35,379 nucleotides of DNA from a virus. Taxonomy: Duplodnaviria > Caudoviricetes. Numbering within the stretch: the first letter of the stretch is position 1; each line of letters opens with the position of its first letter. The notes beneath the pieces are model-generated. The model made no database searches. It was not told the DNA's origin and saw only the letters and a list, made by a program, of their open reading frames with translations. The DNA lies in IMG/VR virus record IMGVR_UViG_3300027627_000440, positions 1 to 35,379 of that record; one strand, given 5' to 3'. A program made the position numbers and the translations under genes. Below, piece after piece: positions 34,420 to 35,379 of this stretch.

Positions 34420-35379
34420 AAAAGTATTAATCACAGGCACTCTCGGCCAGGATGGGGCCAACATGTGCGAACTTCTTCTCAAAAGGGGCGGGATAAAGGT
34501 CTTCGGCATGGTCAGGCGCTCTTCCAACCCTAACTTTGTAAATTGCGCCGCGTTTCTTGATCACCTCGATTTTCAACTTGTTTATGGGGACATGTCAGAC
34601 TCAATAAGCATAGATAAGCTAGTAAAAGATATACAACCAGATTATTTTATCAATTTTGCCGCAAACAGCTTTGTCGGATGCAGCTGGGATATGCCGCTTC
34701 AGGTTTTTGACGTAAACTCCCTAGGGGTATTAAGATGCCTTGAAGCAATTAGAAGGCTTCAACCACAATGCCGGTTCTATAGCGCCGGAAGCAGTGAAGA
34801 GTGGGGCAACGTAGACTACTCTCCTCAAGACATCGTCCACCCAATAAAGCCAAGATCCCCATATGGCGCATCCAAAGCTTCAGCGAGACACATAGTTAAA
34901 GTCTACAGAGAGTCTTACGATATGTACGCAGTTCATGGCATATTATTTAACCACGAAGGAACAAAACGCGGCGAGGAGTTCGTGACTAGAAAGATTTCCA
35001 AAGGCGTAGCCAGAATAGCGAAAGCAATCAAAGGGCAAAAACCGTTTCTACCCATAGAGCTTGGAAACCTTAGCTCAAAAAGAGATTGGTCTGACTCTGA
35101 AGACTTCGTAGAAGGCGTATGGTTAATGCTCAATCAAGAAAACTTTAACGGCCACATACAATCAGAACTAGAAGACGCAGAATTTCACTACATTCACGAC
35201 GGTCAAAACGCTAGAAGTGAAACGTGGAGAACATCATTCCTTTCTAAAAAAATCAAAGATTATATCCTATCTAGCAACGAGACGCACCCTATTAGCGAGT
35301 TTGTTGAAAAGGCTTTTGCTGCCGCTGGAATAGAGGGTTTCTGGCAAGGAAAAGGAGAGGATCAAAAGTATTTTCTAGC
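34400..35379 (+). CDS. gmd: GDP-mannose 4,6-dehydratase, 3' end outside the window
   Basis: Manual translation: ITGTLGQDG, AGSSEEWG, PRSPYGASK, GILFNHEG..RGEEFVTRKI, LGNLSSKRDW; absent from the ORF track. Confidence 0.94.
   Translation, partial: MNETVYKKVLITGTLGQDGANMCELLLKRGGIKVFGMVRRSSNPNFVNCAAFLDHLDFQLVYGDMSDSISIDKLVKDIQPDYFINFAANSFVGCSWDMPLQVFDVNSLGVLRCLEAIRRLQPQCRFYSAGSSEEWGNVDYSPQDIVHPIKPRSPYGASKASARHIVKVYRESYDMYAVHGILFNHEGTKRGEEFVTRKISKGVARIAKAIKGQKPFLPIELGNLSSKRDWSDSEDFVEGVWLMLNQENFNGHIQSELEDAEFHYIHDGQNARSETWRTSFLSKKIKDYILSSNETHPISEFVEKAFAAAGIEGFWQGKGEDQKYFL

Noticed and set aside
1-35379. CRISPR array, rRNA, transposase or integrase
   Set aside because: No regularly spaced repeats or matching motifs seen by eye

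Overview
A gene-dense, standard-code segment that most likely comes from a large (jumbo-type) bacteriophage. No capsid or terminase gene lies in the window, so this is inferred from gene content: two sigma factors, two tRNAs, dUTPase, dNMP kinase, RNR, HNH nucleases, holin-like proteins and many short hypotheticals. Bases 1-11.9 kb are on the minus strand: ClpP, tandem glycosyltransferases, a holin-like plus possible u-spanin pair, ECF sigma, HNH, prolyl-4-hydroxylase-like oxygenase, tRNA-Ser/Gly, GT-TPR, two acyl carrier proteins split by an HNH insertion, AcpS and dUTPase. After a divergent promoter at about 11.9 kb everything is on the plus strand: a promoter-driven, hairpin-rich ~360 nt non-coding region, dNMP kinase, a second sigma factor, an SSB-like protein, NrdAB (the beta subunit lacks the radical tyrosine, class Ic-like), and a >15 kb sugar-biosynthesis cluster that runs off the window end (4 GTs, RmlB, NeuB-like, YerE-like TPP enzyme, SDR, sugar-phosphate cyclase, FGGY kinase, RfbH, two Fcl, epimerases, Gmd). 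Best leads: the candidate structured ncRNA, a possible branched or carbocyclic sugar pathway, the AcpS/ACP module, the class Ic RNR, a catalytically dead Fcl paralog and a GTGTAA promoter motif. All calls rest on motif recognition by eye; no database searches were run.
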